Positions 11,301 to 24,949 are shown, numbered from the stretch's first letter. The stretch: 64,000 nucleotides of DNA from Octopus sinensis (GCF_006345805.1 NC_043016.1:24800001-24864000); one strand, 5' to 3'. The notes: a model not told the origin generated them from the sequence alone. Program-made: numbers and translations.

Positions 11301-14300
11301 TTGGTGTGAGTGGTTTTGTTTGGGTGGTTAGAGTGGTTGGTGTTAGGAGGGGTTGTTGTTTAGCAGTGGTTGTGTTAGGAGTGGTTGGTGTTAGGAGTGG
11401 TTGGCATTAGGAGTGGTTGGTGTTCAGTGGTTGGTGTTAGCAGTCGTTGGTGTTGAGAAGTGGTTGGTATTAGCAGTGTTTGGTGTGTTAGGAGTGGTTG
11501 ATGTTAGGATTGGTTGGTGTTGGGGTGGTTCGCACTAGGAGTAATTGATGTTAGGAGTGGTTGGTGTTAGGAGTGGTTTGGTATTAGCAGTGGTTGGTGT
11601 TAGGAGTGGCTGGTGTTAGCAGTGTTTGGTGTTAGCAGTGGTGGTTGGTATTAGCAGTGGTTGGTGTCAGCAGTGGTTGGTGTTCGAGTGTTGGTGGTGT
11701 TAGCAGTGGTTGGTGTTAACAGTGGTTGGTGTTAGCAGTGGTTGGTGTTAGCAGTGGTTGGTGTTAGCAGTGGTTAGTGTTAGCAGTGGTTGGTGTTAGG
11801 AATGGTTTGTGTTTAGAAGTGGTTGGTATTAGCAGTGGTTGGTGTGGAGTGGTGGTGTTAGAAGTGGTTTGGTATTAGCAGTGGTTGGTGTTAGGAGTGG
11901 TTTGGTGTTAGGAGTGGTTGGTGTTAGCAGTGGTTGCCATTAGGAGGGTTGGTGTTAGCAGTGGTTGGTGTTAGCAGTGGTTGGTGTTTAGGAGTGGTTG
12001 ATATTAGCAAGTGTTTGGTATTAGCAGTGGTTGGTGTTTAGGAGTGGTTTGGTGTTAGGAGTGTTTGGTGTTAGGAAGGGTTTTTGGCATTAGGAGTGGT
12101 TTGGGGTTAGCAATGGTTAGTGTTAGCAGTGGTTGGTGTTAGGAGTGGTTGGTGTTAGCAGTGGTTGGTATTAGCAGTGTTTTGGTGTTAGGAGTGGGTG
12201 GTGTTAGGAGTGGTTGGTATTAGCAGTGGTTGGTGTTAGGAGTGGGTTGGTGTTAGGAAGTGGTTGGTGTTAGGAGTGGTTGGTATTAGCAGTGGTTGGT
12301 GTTAGGAGTGGGTGGTGTTAGCAGTGGTTGGTATTAGCAGTGGTTGGTGTTAGGAGTGGTTTTGTGTTAGGAGTGGTTTGGTGTTAGGAGTGGTTGGTAT
12401 TAGCAGTGGTTGGTGTTAGGAGTGGGTGGTGTTAGCAGTTGTTGGTATTAGCAGTGGTTGGTGTTAGGAGTGGTTGGTGTTAGGAGTGGTTGGCCTTAGG
12501 AGTGGTTGGTGTAGCAGTGGTTGGTGTTTGCAGTGGTTGGTGTTAGCAGTGGTTGGTATTAGCAGTGGTTGGTGTTAGGAGTGGTTTGATGTTAGGATTG
12601 GTTGGTGTTAGTGGTGGTTGGCACTAGGAGTAATTGATGTTAGGAGTGGTTGGTGTTTAGGAGTGGTTGGTATTAGCAGTGGTTGGTGTTAGGAGTGGCT
12701 GGTGTTAGCAGTGTGGTGGTGTTAGCAGTGGTTGGGTTGGTTGCAGTGGTTGGTGCTAGGAGTGGTTGAAGGTTTAGGAGTGGTTGGTGTTAGGGGTGGT
12801 TGGCACTAGGAGTAATTGATGTTAGGAGTGGTTGGTGTTAGGAGTGGTTGGTATTAGCAGTGGTTGGTGTTAGGAGTGGCTGGTGTTAGGAGTGGTTGGT
12901 GTTAGCAGTGGTTGGTGTTAGCAGTGGTTGGTGTTAGGAGTGGTTGGTGTTAGGAGTGGTTGGCATTAGGAGTGGTTGGTGTTAGCAGTGGTTGGTGTTA
13001 GCAGTGGTTGGTGTTAGCAGTGGTTGGTATTAGCAGTGGTTGGTGTTAGGAGTGGTTGATGTTAGGATTGGTTGGTGTTAGGGGTGGTTGGCACTAGGAG
13101 TAATTGATGTTTAGGAGTGGTTGGGTGTTAGGAGTTGGTTGTATTAGCAGTGGGTTTGGTGTTAGGAGTGGCTGGTGTTAGCAGTGGTTGGTGTTAGCAG
13201 TGGTTGGTATTAGCAGTGTTGGTGTCAGCAGTGGTTGGTGTTTAGCATTGGTTAGTGTTAGCAGTGGGTGTGTGTTAGGAATGGTTGGTGTTAGGAGTGG
13301 TTTGGTATTAGCAGTGGTTGGGTGTTAGGAGAAGTGGGTGGTGTGTAGAAGTGGTTGTATTAGCAGTGGTTGGTGTTAGGAGTTTGGTTTGTGTTAGGAG
13401 TGGTTGGTGTTAGCAGGGGGTTGGCATTTAGGAGTGGTTGTTGTTTTAGCAGTGGTTGGTGTTAGCAGTGGTTTGTTGTGTTTTAGGGTGGTTTGATATT
13501 AGCAGTGTTTTGTTTTGGTATTAGCAAATGGTTGGTGTTAGGAGTGGTTGGTGTTAGGAAAGTGGTTGGTGTTAGGAGTGGTTGGCATTAGGAGTGGTTG
13601 GTGAGCAGTGGGTTAGTGTTAGCAGTGGGTTGGTGTTAGGAGTGGTTGGTGTTTAGCAGTGGTTGGGTATTAGCATGGTGGGTGTTAGGAGTGGGTGGTG
13701 TAGGATTGGTTGGTATTAGCAGTGGTTTTGGTGTTAGGAGTGGTTGGTGGTTAGGAGTGGTTGGGTGTTAGGAGTGGTTGGTATTAGGCAGTTGGTGTGT
13801 TAGGAGTGGGTTGGTTGTACCAGTGGTTGGTATTAGCAGTGGTTGGTGTTAGGAGTGGTTTGGTGTTAGGAGTGGTTGGCATTAGGATGGTTGGTGTAGG
13901 AGTTTTGGTGGTTTGCAGTGGGTTGGTGTTTTTAGCAGTGGTTTTGTATGAGCAGTGGTTGGTGTTAGGAGTGGTTGATGTTAGGATTGGTTTGTGTTAG
14001 GGTGGTTGGCACTATGAAGTATTTGATGTTAGGAGGTTGGTTGTGTTAGGAGTGGTTGGTATTAGCAGTGGTTGGTTGTTAGTAGTGGGTGGTGTTAGAA
14101 GTTGGTTGGTATAGCAGTGGGTGGTGTTAGGAGTGGTTGATTGTTAGGATTGGTTGGTGTTAGGGGTGGTTTGGCACTAGGAGTAAGTGATTGTTTTAGG
14201 AGTGGGTTTGGTGTTTAGGAGTGGTTGGTATTAGCAGTGGTTTGGTGTTAGGAGTGGCTGGTTGGTTAGCATGGTTTGCCCCCTGGTTTAGCAAGTGTTG

Positions 14301-17300
14301 GGTGTAGCAGTGGTTGGTGTTAGGAGTGGTTGGTGTTAGGATGGTTGGTTGGTTTAGGAGGTGGTTGGTATTAGGCATTGTTTGGTTGTTAGGAGTGGGT
14401 TGGTGTTAGAAGTGGGTTGGTATTAGCATGGTGGTGTTTTAGGAGTGGTTTGGTGTTAGGAGTGGTTTGGTGTTTGCAAGTGGTTGGTGTTAGGAGGGGT
14501 TGGTGTTTTAGCAGTGGTTGTGTGTGTTAGCAGTGGTTGGTGTTAGGAGTGGTTTGATATTAGGAGGCAAAGTGGTTTTGTGTATTAGTTGGTTGGTGTT
14601 TTGTTAGGAGTGGTTGGTGTTAGAGTGGTTGGTGTTTCGGAGTTGTTTTTGGGCATTAGGAGTGGTGTGTTTTTTGAGTGGTTGTGTTAGCAGTGGTTGT
14701 GTGTTAGGAGTGGTTGGTGTTTAGCAGTGGTTGGTATTAGCAGTGGTTGGTGTTAGGATGGAGTGGGTGTTAGCAGTGGTTTGGTATTAGGCAGTGGTTG
14801 GTGTGGTTGGTGTTAGGAGTGGTTGGTATTAGCAGTGGTTGGTGTTAGGAGTGGCTGGTGTTAGCAGTGGTTGGTGTTAGCAGTGGTTGGTATTAGCAGT
14901 GGTTGGTGTCAGCAGTGGTTGGTGTTAGCATTGGTTAGTGTTAGCAGTGGTTGGTGTTAGGAATGGTTGGTGTTAGGAGTGGTTGGTATTAGCAGTGGTT
15001 GGTGTTAGGAGTGGGTGGTGTTAGAAGTGGTTGGTATTAGCAGTGGTTGGTGTTAGGATGTTGTTGTTTAGGAGTGGTTGGTGTTAGCAGTGGTTGGCAT
15101 TAGGAGTGGTTGGTGTTAGCAGTGGTTGGTGTTAGCAGTGGTTGGTGTTAGGAGTGGTTGATATTAGCAGTGTTTGGTATTAGCAGTGGTTGGTGTTAGG
15201 AGTGGTTGGTGTTAGGAGTGGTTGGTGTTAGGAGTGGTTGGCATTAGGAGTGGTTGGTGTTAGCAGTGGTTAGTGTTAGCAGTGGTTGGTGTTAGGAGTG
15301 GTTGGTGTTAGCAGTGGTTGGTATTAGCAGTGGTTGGTGTTAGGAGTGGGTGGTGTTAGGAGTGGTTGGTATTAGCAGTGGTTGGTGTTAGGAGTGGTTG
15401 GTGTTAGGAGTGGTTGGTGTTAGGAGTGGTTGGTATTAGCAGTGGTTGGTGTTAGGAGTGGGTGGTGTTAGCAGTGGTTGGTATTAGCAGTGGTTGGTGT
15501 TAGGAGTGGTTGGTGTTAGGAGTGGTTGGCATTAGGAGTGGTTGGTGTTAGCAGTTGTTGGTGTTTGCAGTGGTTGGTGTTAGCAGTGGTTGGTATTAGC
15601 AGTGGTTGGTGTTAGGAGTGGTTGATGTTAGGATTGGTTGGTGTTAGGGGTGGTTGGCACTAGGAGTAATTGATGTTAGGAGTGGTTGGTGTTAGGAGTG
15701 GTTGGTATTAGCAGTGGTTGGTGTTAGGAGTGGGTGGTGTTAGAAGTGGTTGGTATTAGCAGTGGTTGGTGTTAGGAGTGGTTGATGTTAGGATTGGTTG
15801 GTGTTAGGGGTGGTTGGCACTAGGAGTAATTGATGTTAGGAGTGGTTGGTGTTAGGAGTGGTTGGTATTAGCAGTGGTTGGTGTTAGGAGTGGCTGGTGT
15901 TAGCAGTGGTTGCTGTTAGCAGTGGTTGGTGTTAGCAGTGGTTGGTGTTAGCAGTGATTGGTGTTAGGAATGGTTGGTGTTAGGAGTGGTTGGTATTAGC
16001 AGTGGTTGGTGTTCGGAGTGGGTGGTGTTAGAAGTGGTTGGTATTAGCAGTGGTTGGTGTTAGGAGTGGTTGGTGTTAGGAGTGGTTGGTGTTAGCAGTG
16101 GTTGGCATTAGGAGTGGTTGGTGTTAGCAGTGGTTGGTGTTAGCAGTGGTTGGTGTTAGGAGTGGTTGATATTAGCAGTGTTTGGTATTAGCAGTGGTTG
16201 GTGTTAGGAGTGGTTGGTGTTAGGAGTGGTGTTTGTTAAGTGGTTCACATTAGGAGTGGTTGGTGTTAGCAGTGGTTAGTGTTAGCAGTGGTTGGTGTTA
16301 GGAGTGGTTGGTGTTAGCAGTGGTTGGTATTAGCAGTGGTTGGTGTTAGGAGTGAGTGGTGTTAGCAGTGGTTGGTATTAGCAGTGGTTGGTGTTAGGAG
16401 TGGTTGGTGTTAGGAGTGGTTGGTTTAGGAGTGGTTGGTATTAGCAGTGGTTGGTGTTAGGAGTGGGTGGTGTTTAGCAGTGGTTGGTATTAGCAGTGGT
16501 TGGTGTTAGGAGTGGTTGGTTGTAGGAGTGGTTGGCATTAGGAGTGGTTGGTGTTTAGCAGTGGTTGTGTTTTGCAGTGGTTGGTGTTAGCAGTGGTTGG
16601 TATTAGCATGGTTGGTGTTAGGAGTGGTTGATGTTAGGATTGGTTGGTGTTAGGGGTGGTTGGCACTAGGAGTAATTGATGTTAGGAGTTGTTGGTGTTA
16701 GGAGTGGTTGGTATTAGCAGTGGTTGGTGTTAGGAGTGGGTGGTGTTAGAAGTGGTTGGTATTAGCAGTGGTTGGTGTTAGAGTGGTTGATGTTAGGATT
16801 GGTTGGTGTTAGGGGTGGTTGGCACTAGGAGTAATTGATGTTAGGAGTGGTTGGTGTTAGGAGTGGTTGGTATTAGCAGTGGTTGGTGTTAGGAGTGGCT
16901 GGTGTTAGCAGTGGTTGCTGTTAGCAGTGGTTGGTGTTAGCAGTGGTTGGTGTTAGCAGTGGTTGGTGCTAGGAGTGGTTGATGTTAGGAGTGGTTGGTG
17001 TTAGGGGTGGTTGGCACTAGGAGTAATTGATGTTAGGAGTGGTTGGTGTTAGGAGTGGTTGGTATTAGCAGTGGTTGGTGTTAGGAGTGGCTGGTGTTAG
17101 GAGAGGTTGGTGTTAGCAGTGGTTGGTGTTAGCAGTGATTGGTGTTAGCAGTGGTTGGTGTTAGCAGTGGTTGGTGTTACGGGTGGTTGGCACTAGGAGT
17201 AATTGATGTTAGGAGTGGTTGGTGTTAGGAGTGGTTGGTATTAGCAGTGGTTGGTGTCAGCAGTGGTTGGTGTTAGGAGTGTTTGGTGTTAGCAGTGGTT

Positions 17301-20215
17301 GGTGTTAACAGTGGTTGGTGTTAGCAGTGGTTGGTGTTAGCAGTGGTTGGTGTTAGCAGTGGTTAGTGTTAGCAGTGGTTGGTGTTAGGAATGGTTGGTG
17401 TTAGGAGTGGTTGGTATTAGCAGTGGTTGGTGTTAGGAGTGGGTGGTGTTAGAAGTGGTTGGTATTAGCAGTGGTTGGTGTTAGGAGTGGTTGGTGTTAG
17501 GAGTAGTTGGTGTTAGCAGTGGTTGGCATTAGGAGTGGTTGGTGTTAGCAGTGGTTGGTGTTAGCAGTGGTTGGTGTTAGGAGTGGTTGATATTAGCAGT
17601 GTTTGGTATTAGCAGTGGTTGGTGTTAGGAGTGGTTGGTGTTAGGAGTGGTTGGTGTTAGGAGTGGTTGGCATTAGGAGTGGTTGGTGTTAGCATTGGTT
17701 AGTGTTAGCAGTGGTTGGTATTAGCAGTGGTTGGTGTTAGGAGTGGTTGGTGTTAGGAGTGGTTGGCATTAGGAGTGGTTGGTGTTAGCAGTGGTTGGTG
17801 TTTGCAGTGGTTGGTGTTAGCAGTGGTCGGTATTAGCAGTGGTTGGTGTTAGGAGTGGTTGATGTTAGGATTGGTTGGTGTTAGGGGTGGTTGGCACTAG
17901 GAGTAATTGATGTTAGGAGTGGTTGGTTTTAGGAGTGGTTGGTATTAGCAGTGGTTGGTGTTAGGAGTGGCTGGTGTTAACAGTGGTTGGTGTTAGCAGT
18001 GGTTGGTGTTAAGAGTGGTTGATGTTAGCAGTGGTTGGTGCTAGGAGTGGTTGATGTTAGGAGTGGTTGGTGTTAGGGGTGGTTGGCACTAGGAGTAATT
18101 GATGTTAGGAGTGGTTGGTGTTAGGAGTGGTTGGTATTAGCAGTGGTTGGTGTTAGGAGTGGCTGGTGTTAGCAGTGGTTGGTGTTAGCAGTGGTTGGTG
18201 TTAGCAGTGGTTGCTGTTAGGAGTGGTTGATGTTAGGAGTGGTTGGTGTTAGGGGTGGTTGGCACTAGGAGTAATTGATGTTAGGAGTGGTTGGTGTTAG
18301 GAGTGGTTGGTATTAGCAGTGGTTGGTGTTAGGAGTGGCTGGTATTAGCAGTGGTTGGTGTTAGCAGTGGTTGGTGTTAGGAGTGGTTGGTGTTATTAGT
18401 GGTTGGTGTTAGGAGTGGTTGATGTTAGGAGTGGTTGGTGTTAGGGGTGGTTGGCACTAGGAGTAATTGATGTTAGGAGTGGTTGGTGTTAGGAGTGGTT
18501 GGTATTAGCAGTGGTTGGTGTTAGGAGTGGCTGGTGTTAGGAGTGGTTGGTGTTAGCAGTGGTTGGTGTTAGCAGTGGTTGGTGTTAGCAGTGGTTGGTG
18601 TTAGGAGTGGTTGGTGTTAGCAGTGGTTAGTGTTAGCAGTGGTTGGTGTTAGGAGTGGTTGGTGTTAGGAGTGGTTGGTATTAGCAGTGGTTGGTGTTAG
18701 GAGTGGGTGGTGTTAGCAGTGGTTGGTATTAGCAGTGGTTAGCATTAGGAGTGGTTGGTGTTAGCAGTGGTTGGTGTTAGCAGTGGTTGGTGTTAGCAGT
18801 GGTTGGTGTTAGCAGTGGTTGGTATTAGCAGTGGTTGGTGTTAGGAGTGGTTGATGTTAGGATTGGTTGGTGTTAGGGGTGGTTGGCACTAGGAGTAATT
18901 GATGTTAGGAGTGGTTGGTGTTAGGAGTGGTTGGTATTAGCAGTGGTTGGTGTTAGGTGTGGGTGGTGTTAGAAGTGGTTGGTGTTAGGAGTGGTTAGTG
19001 TTAGCAGTGGTTGGTGCTAGGAGTGGTTGATGTTAGGAGTGGTTGGTGTTAGGGGTGGTTGGCACCAGGAGTAATTGATGTTAGGAGTGGTTGGTGTTTG
19101 GAGTGGTTGGTATTAGCAGTGGTTGGTGTTAGGAGTGGCTGGTGTTAGGAGTGGTTGGTGTTAGCAGTGGTTGGTGTTAGGAGTGGTTGATGTTAGGAGT
19201 GGTTGCTGTTAGGGGTGGTTGGCACTAGGAGTAATTGATGTTAGGAGTGTTTGGTGTTAGGAGTGGTTGGTATTAGCAGTGGTTGGTGTTAGCAGTGGTT
19301 GGTGTTTGCAGTGGTTGGTGTTAGCAGTGGTTGGTGTCAGCAGTGGTTGGTGTTAGGAGTGGTTGGTGTTAGCAGTGGTTGGTGTTAACAGTGGTTGGTG
19401 TTAGCAGTGGTTGGTGTTAGGAGTGGTTGGCATTAGGAGTGGTTGGTGTTAGCAGTGGTTAGTGTTAGCAGTGGTTGGTGTTAGGAGTGGTTGGTGTTAG
19501 CAGTGGTTGGTATTAGCAGTGGTTGGTGTTAGGAGTGGGTGGTGTTAGGAGTGGTTGGTATTAGCAGTGGTTGGTGTTAGGAGTGGTTGGTGTTAGGAGT
19601 GGTTGGTGTTAGGAGTGGTTGGAATTAGGAGTGGTTGGTGTTAGCAGTGGTTGGTGTTAGCAGTGGTTGGTGTTAGCAGTGGTTGGTGTTAGCAGTGGTT
19701 GGAATTAGGAGTGGTTGGTGTTAGCAGTGGTTGGTGTTAGCAGTGGTTGGTGTTAGCAGTGGTTGGTGTTAGCAGTGGTTGGTGTTAGGAGTCGTTGATG
19801 TTAGGAGTGGTTGGTGTTAGGGGTGGTTGGCACTTGGAGTAATTGATGTTAGGAGTGGTTGGTGTTAGGAGTGGCTGGTGTTAGGAGTGGTTGGTGTTAG
19901 CAGTGGTTGGTGTTAGCAGTGGTTGGTGTTAGGAGTGGTTGGTGTTAGCAGTGGTTGGTGTTAGCAGCGGTTGGTGTTAGGAGTGGTTGATATTAGCAGT
20001 GGTTGGTGTTAGGAGTGGTTAGTGTTAGCAGTGGTTGGTGTTAGGAGTGGTTGGTGTTAGCAGTGGTTGGTATTAGCAGTGGTTGGTGTTAGGAGTGGGT
20101 GGTGTTAGGAGTGGTTGGTATTAGCAGTGGTTGGTGTTAGGAGTGGTTGGTGTTAGGAGTGGTTGATGTTAGGAGTGGTTGGTATTAGCAGTGGTTGGTG
20201 TTAGGAGTGGTTGGT
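5343..20215. repeat. ~14.9 kb satellite of 16-bp monomers GTGGTTGG(TG/CA/TA)TTAG(G/C)A, roughly 900 copies
   Basis: Directly visible tandem array with recurring variant monomers. Confidence 0.98.
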
Positions 20216-20216
20216 A

Positions 20217-20320
20217 GTTGGAGCCTAGTGCTGCCCTTCAGCTTACAAACTCTGGTCAAACCACCCAACCCATGCCAGCATGGACAACAGATGTTAAATA
20301 ATGACATCGAAGATGATGAT
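20217..20320 (+). mobile_element. Distal 3' end of the RTE-like LINE, resuming after the satellite
   Basis: ttggagcctagtgctgccc...ccaacccatgccagcatggacaacagatgttaaa plus a gat tail; matches 63103-63200. Confidence 0.8.
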
Positions 20321-20339
20321 ATGTGTGTTTTTATGTAAG

Positions 20340-20545
20340 TGTGTTTGTATTTGCCCCCACCATCACCGATTGACAACTGATGCTGGTGTGTTTATTTCCC
20401 TGTCAGTTAGTGGTTCAACAAAAAACACCAATAGAATAAGTACTACACTTATGAAAAAATAAGTCATGGGGTCAATTTCCTTGAAGGCAGTGCTCCAGAA
20501 TGGCCACAGTCAAATGACTGAAACAAGTAAAAGAATAAAAGAATA
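20340..20545 (+). mobile_element. SINE 3' half
   Basis: gacaactgatgctggtgtgttt...cacagtcaaatgactgaaacaagtaaaag, as at 59775-59940. Confidence 0.75.
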
Positions 20546-20827
20546 CAAGAATTTGTTTTCATAAGAAAAATGTTGCCAAATATTACCATAAGTATGTTTG
20601 GTTCATTAATACAAATAATAGTTTAAAATAGGATAATCTCAATATTTTTCCTACTGTATTGATATTGAGTTTGGAGCCACCAGTAAAATCTGGCTTACAC
20701 GCTGATTTAGTTCATTACATAACACTTTTCCAACAAAATGTTTTCTTTTTTTTTTACAGTTGATGAATTATCAATAGCACTTTTATTTAAAGGAATAAGA
20801 CTTTGATAGAAGAAACAGAAGTATTGG

Positions 20828-21080
20828 ATTCTGTTGTGTCTGGGGAGAGTCATTTTCTTTTTGTGTCTTATAATGTAACACACTCACCGGTAAAATTTAT
20901 TTTTATATTTCTTATTTTTATATTTTATAAAAATAAAAATAAAAAATAAGAAATAAGTTGAAATTTTACCGGTGGGTGTGTTACATTATAAGACACAAAA
21001 AGAAAATGACTCTCCCCAGACACAACAGAATATGCTTCAACGCACAAACTCATATAAAGAATCTTGCAAACCAAATCCAA
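20828..21080. mobile_element. MITE-like hairpin; left arm truncated
   Basis: ~70-bp near-perfect inverted repeat (20828-20899 versus ~20961-21031) around a T-rich/A-rich core. Confidence 0.8.
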
Positions 21081-22390
21081 AACGAAAGAAGTATTGGAGC
21101 AAAGATAGAAAGAAAGTGATAGGCAACAGCAAAAGAAAATGGACAACAGTAGAAGGAGGCTAGATTAGAGACAGTAATGATTGGTAATACTGACAGAGTG
21201 AAATGAAAAAAAGGGGTGACAGGAACAAGAGTATGATGGAAGAGACACCAGTATCAATGTGAAGATGAGAAGAAAATTCATGAGGAGTAACAATGGACAA
21301 CAGTAGAGGAGGAGGCTAGATTAGAGACAGTAATGATTGGTAATACTGAAGAGTGAAATGAAAAAAAGGGGGGGACAGGAACAAGAGTATGATGGAAGAG
21401 ACACAAGTATCAATGTGAAGATGAGAAGAAAATTCATGAGGAGTAACAAGATATGATGTATGACTGCAGAAGTAGGCTAGGGTAGAGAGATTAACGGTTG
21501 GAAGTACTGAAAGGCTGAAAGGAAAATAAGTGGGTGAAAGGAAGATTAGTATGATGGAAGAGACATAAGTATTGAAGTTAAGATGGGAAGTAAGTAATGG
21601 GCAATAGCAAGAGATGATGGATAACAATAGAAGTAGACAAGAGTAGAGAGAACCCAAAGGCTGAAAGGAAAATAAGGGTGAAAGGAACTAGAGCAGGATG
21701 GAAGAAAGCGATGTATTGGAGAGAAGATGGGAAGTAAATGATAGCCAATAATCAGTCAAGATGGGAAGATGGATGACAGTAGAAGTAAGCTAGAGTAGAG
21801 AGATTTATGGCTGGCAATAGTGAAAAGGTGGGAATGAAATATGTGGGTGAAAGGAACAGGAGTATGGTAGAAGACACAGAAATATTGGAATGAAGATAGG
21901 AGTAAGAGATGGGTAATAGCAAGAGATAATGGAGGACAGTAGAAGAAGGCTCAATTAGTGAGAGTATGATGGAGGAGACAGAAGTATAGGAGTTAAGCTG
22001 GGAAGTAAATGAAGGGCAATAGCAAGAGAAGATGTATGACAGTAGAAGTAGGCTAAAGGAGAGAGAGTAATGGTTGGTAGTACTGAAAGGGTGAAGGGAA
22101 AATATAATTGGGCGGAGAGGAAAATAGGTGGCTGGAAGGAACAGGAGTGTGATGGAAGGGACAGAAGTATTTGAGTGAAGACAGGATGTAAGTGATGAGC
22201 AATAGCAAGTGATGAGGGATGACAATAGAAGTAAACTGGAGTAGAAAGAGTAATGGTTGGTAGTAATGAAAGTGTGAAGGGAAAATAAGTGGGTGAAATG
22301 TAAAAACTATGTTGGAAGAGAGTGAAGGTAGGAAGTAAATAATGAGCAATAAGATGATAGGATGATGGATGACAGTAGAAGTAGACTGGA

Positions 22391-22424
<34 letters not shown>

Positions 22425-24949
22425 ATGGTTGGTGGTTTGGAAAGGGTGAAGAGAAAATAAGTGGGTGAAAGGAAAAAGAGGAAAAGAAAATCAATGAGAG
22501 AAAGGAAAAAGACTAACTTAGAAGAGACAGATGTATTGGACTGAAGATAGGAAGTAAATGATGGGGAAGGGATGCTGGATGACACAAGAAGTAGACTGGG
22601 GTGGAGAGAGTAATGGTTGGTAGTACTGAAAGGGTGAAAGGAAAATAATCGGATGAAAGGATCAGAGGGATGATGGAAGACACAGATGTATTGGAGTGAA
22701 GATAAGAAATAAATGATGGGCTGTAGCAAGAGTTGATGGATGACAATAAGAGTAGAGAGATTTATGGCTGGCAGTATTGAAAATGTGAAAGGAAAATAAG
22801 TGAGTGAAAGGAAAAAGACTATGTTGGAAAAGACGGAATTATTTGAGTGAAGATAGTATGTAAGTATAGTGGAAAGCAAGATATGATGGATAACAATAGA
22901 AGGTGAAAGGAACAAGGGTATGATAGAAGAGACAAAAGTAATGGAGAGAAGTAAATGATGGGCAATAAGCAAGAGATGATGGATGACGGCTGAAGTAGAC
23001 TGAAGTAGAGAGAGTAATGTTTGGTAGTACTGAAAGGGTGAAAGGAAAATAAGTGGGTGAAAGACAAAAAAGTGGGTGAAAGAAAAAAAAGTGGGTGAAA
23101 TGAATAGGAATATGATGGAAGTGATAGAAGTATTGAAGTGAAGATGGGTGGTAAATGATGAGCAATAGCAAGTGATGAGGGATGACAGCAGAAGTAGACT
23201 GGAGTAGAGAAAGTAATGGTTGGTAGAAATGAAAGGGCTAAAGGAAAAGAAGTGGGTAAAAGGAAGAAGAGTATGATGGAAGGGATAGAAATATTGGAGT
23301 GAAGATAGAAAGAAAGTGATGGGCAATAGCAAGAGATGATTGATGAAAGTAGAAGTAAACTGGAGTGAAGAAAGTAATGGTTGGTAGTACTTAAAAGGTT
23401 CAAAGGTAAATAAGTGGGTGAGAGAAACAGGAGTGTGAGGATGAGACAGAAGTAATTGAGTGAAGATGGAAAAAATTGATGGGCAAAGCAGATGATGGAT
23501 GACAATAGAAGTAGACTGGAGTGGGGAGATTAATAGTTGGGAGTCATGAAAGGGTCAAAGGAAAAATAAGTGGGTGAAAGGAAAAGGAGTATGATGGAAG
23601 AGACAAAAGTATTTGAGTGAAGACATTATGTCAGTGATGGGCAATAGCAAGAGATGATGGATGGCAGTAGAAGTATGCTAGAGGAGAGAAAGTAATGGCT
23701 GGCAGTAGTGAAAAGGTGAAAGGAACAGGAGTGGGTGAAAGGAACAGGAGTATGATGAAAGGGACAGAAGTATTGGAGTTAAGATAGGAAGGAAATGATG
23801 TATAATAGGAAATGATGGATGATGGATGACAATATAAGTAGGCTAGAGTAGAGTACAGAACTGAAGAGGAACAAGAGTATGATAGGAGGGATGAAAGTAA
23901 TGGAGTGCAGATAGGAAGTAAGTGATGGTCAATAGCAAGAGATGATGGATGACAGTAGATGTAGGCTAGATTAGAGTACAAAACTGAAAAAGTGAAAGGA
24001 AGAGACAAAAGTAATGGAGTGAAGATAGGAAGTAATATGATGGATGACAGTAGAAATAAGCTAGATTTATGGCTGGCTGGCTGCACTGAACAGGTGAAAG
24101 GAATTAGAGTATGCTGGAAGAGACAGAAGTATTAGAATAAGGAGAGTGAAAATAAACGAGTGAGGAGAGATTTATGGCTGGTAGTATCGAAAGGTGAAAG
24201 GTAAATAAGTGGGTGGAAGAAACAAGAGTATGAAGATAGGAAGTAATAATGGGCGATAGCAAGAGACGATGGATGACAGTAGAAGTAGACTGGAGTAGAG
24301 AGAGTAATGGTTGGTTGGTAGTTGGAAGGGTGAAAGGAAAATAAGTGGATGAAAGGAACAGGAGTGTGATGGATGAGAGAGAAGTATTTGAGTGAAGATA
24401 GGAGGCAACTGATGTGCAATCGTATTGGAAATAGGCAAGAGGAGAGAGAGTAATGGTTGGTTGGTAGTTGAAAGGGTGAAAGGAAATTAAGTGGGTGAAA
24501 GGAACAGCAATATCATGAAAGGGACGGAAGTTTTTGAATAAAGATAGAAGTAACTGATGGGCAATAGCAAGAGATGATGGATGACAGCAGAAGTAGGCTA
24601 GAGGAGAGAGATTTATGGCTGGCGAAAATAATTGGTTGAAAGTAAAAAGACTATGATGGAAGATACAGATGTAATGGAGGGAAGATAGTAGGCAGTATTG
24701 CAAAGGTGAAAGGAAAATAAGTGGGTAAAAGGAGTAGAAAGATTTACAGCTTGCAATACTGTAGAAAGAGTTATGGCACAAAGTACTGAAAGGGTGAAAG
24801 GAAAATAAATGGATGAAAGGAACAGGAGTGTGATGGAAGAGACAGAAGAAGTGAAGATGGGAAGTAAGTGATGGGCAGTAGCAAGAGATAATGGATGACT
24901 GTAGAAGTAAGCTAGAGTGGAGATTTATGGCTGGCTGTACTGAAAGGTG

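Noticed and set aside
7700-14800. Indel-rich monomers and T-runs (for example 10550-10600) as a distinct sub-family
   Set aside because: Homopolymer-length noise confined to the array interior is typical of poorly polished long-read consensus. Array length and fine structure there are unreliable.
5343-20215. Satellite interpreted as a telomere because it contains TTAGG
   Set aside because: The unit is 16 bp, is flanked by LINE sequence on both sides and traces to the LINE 3' UTR.
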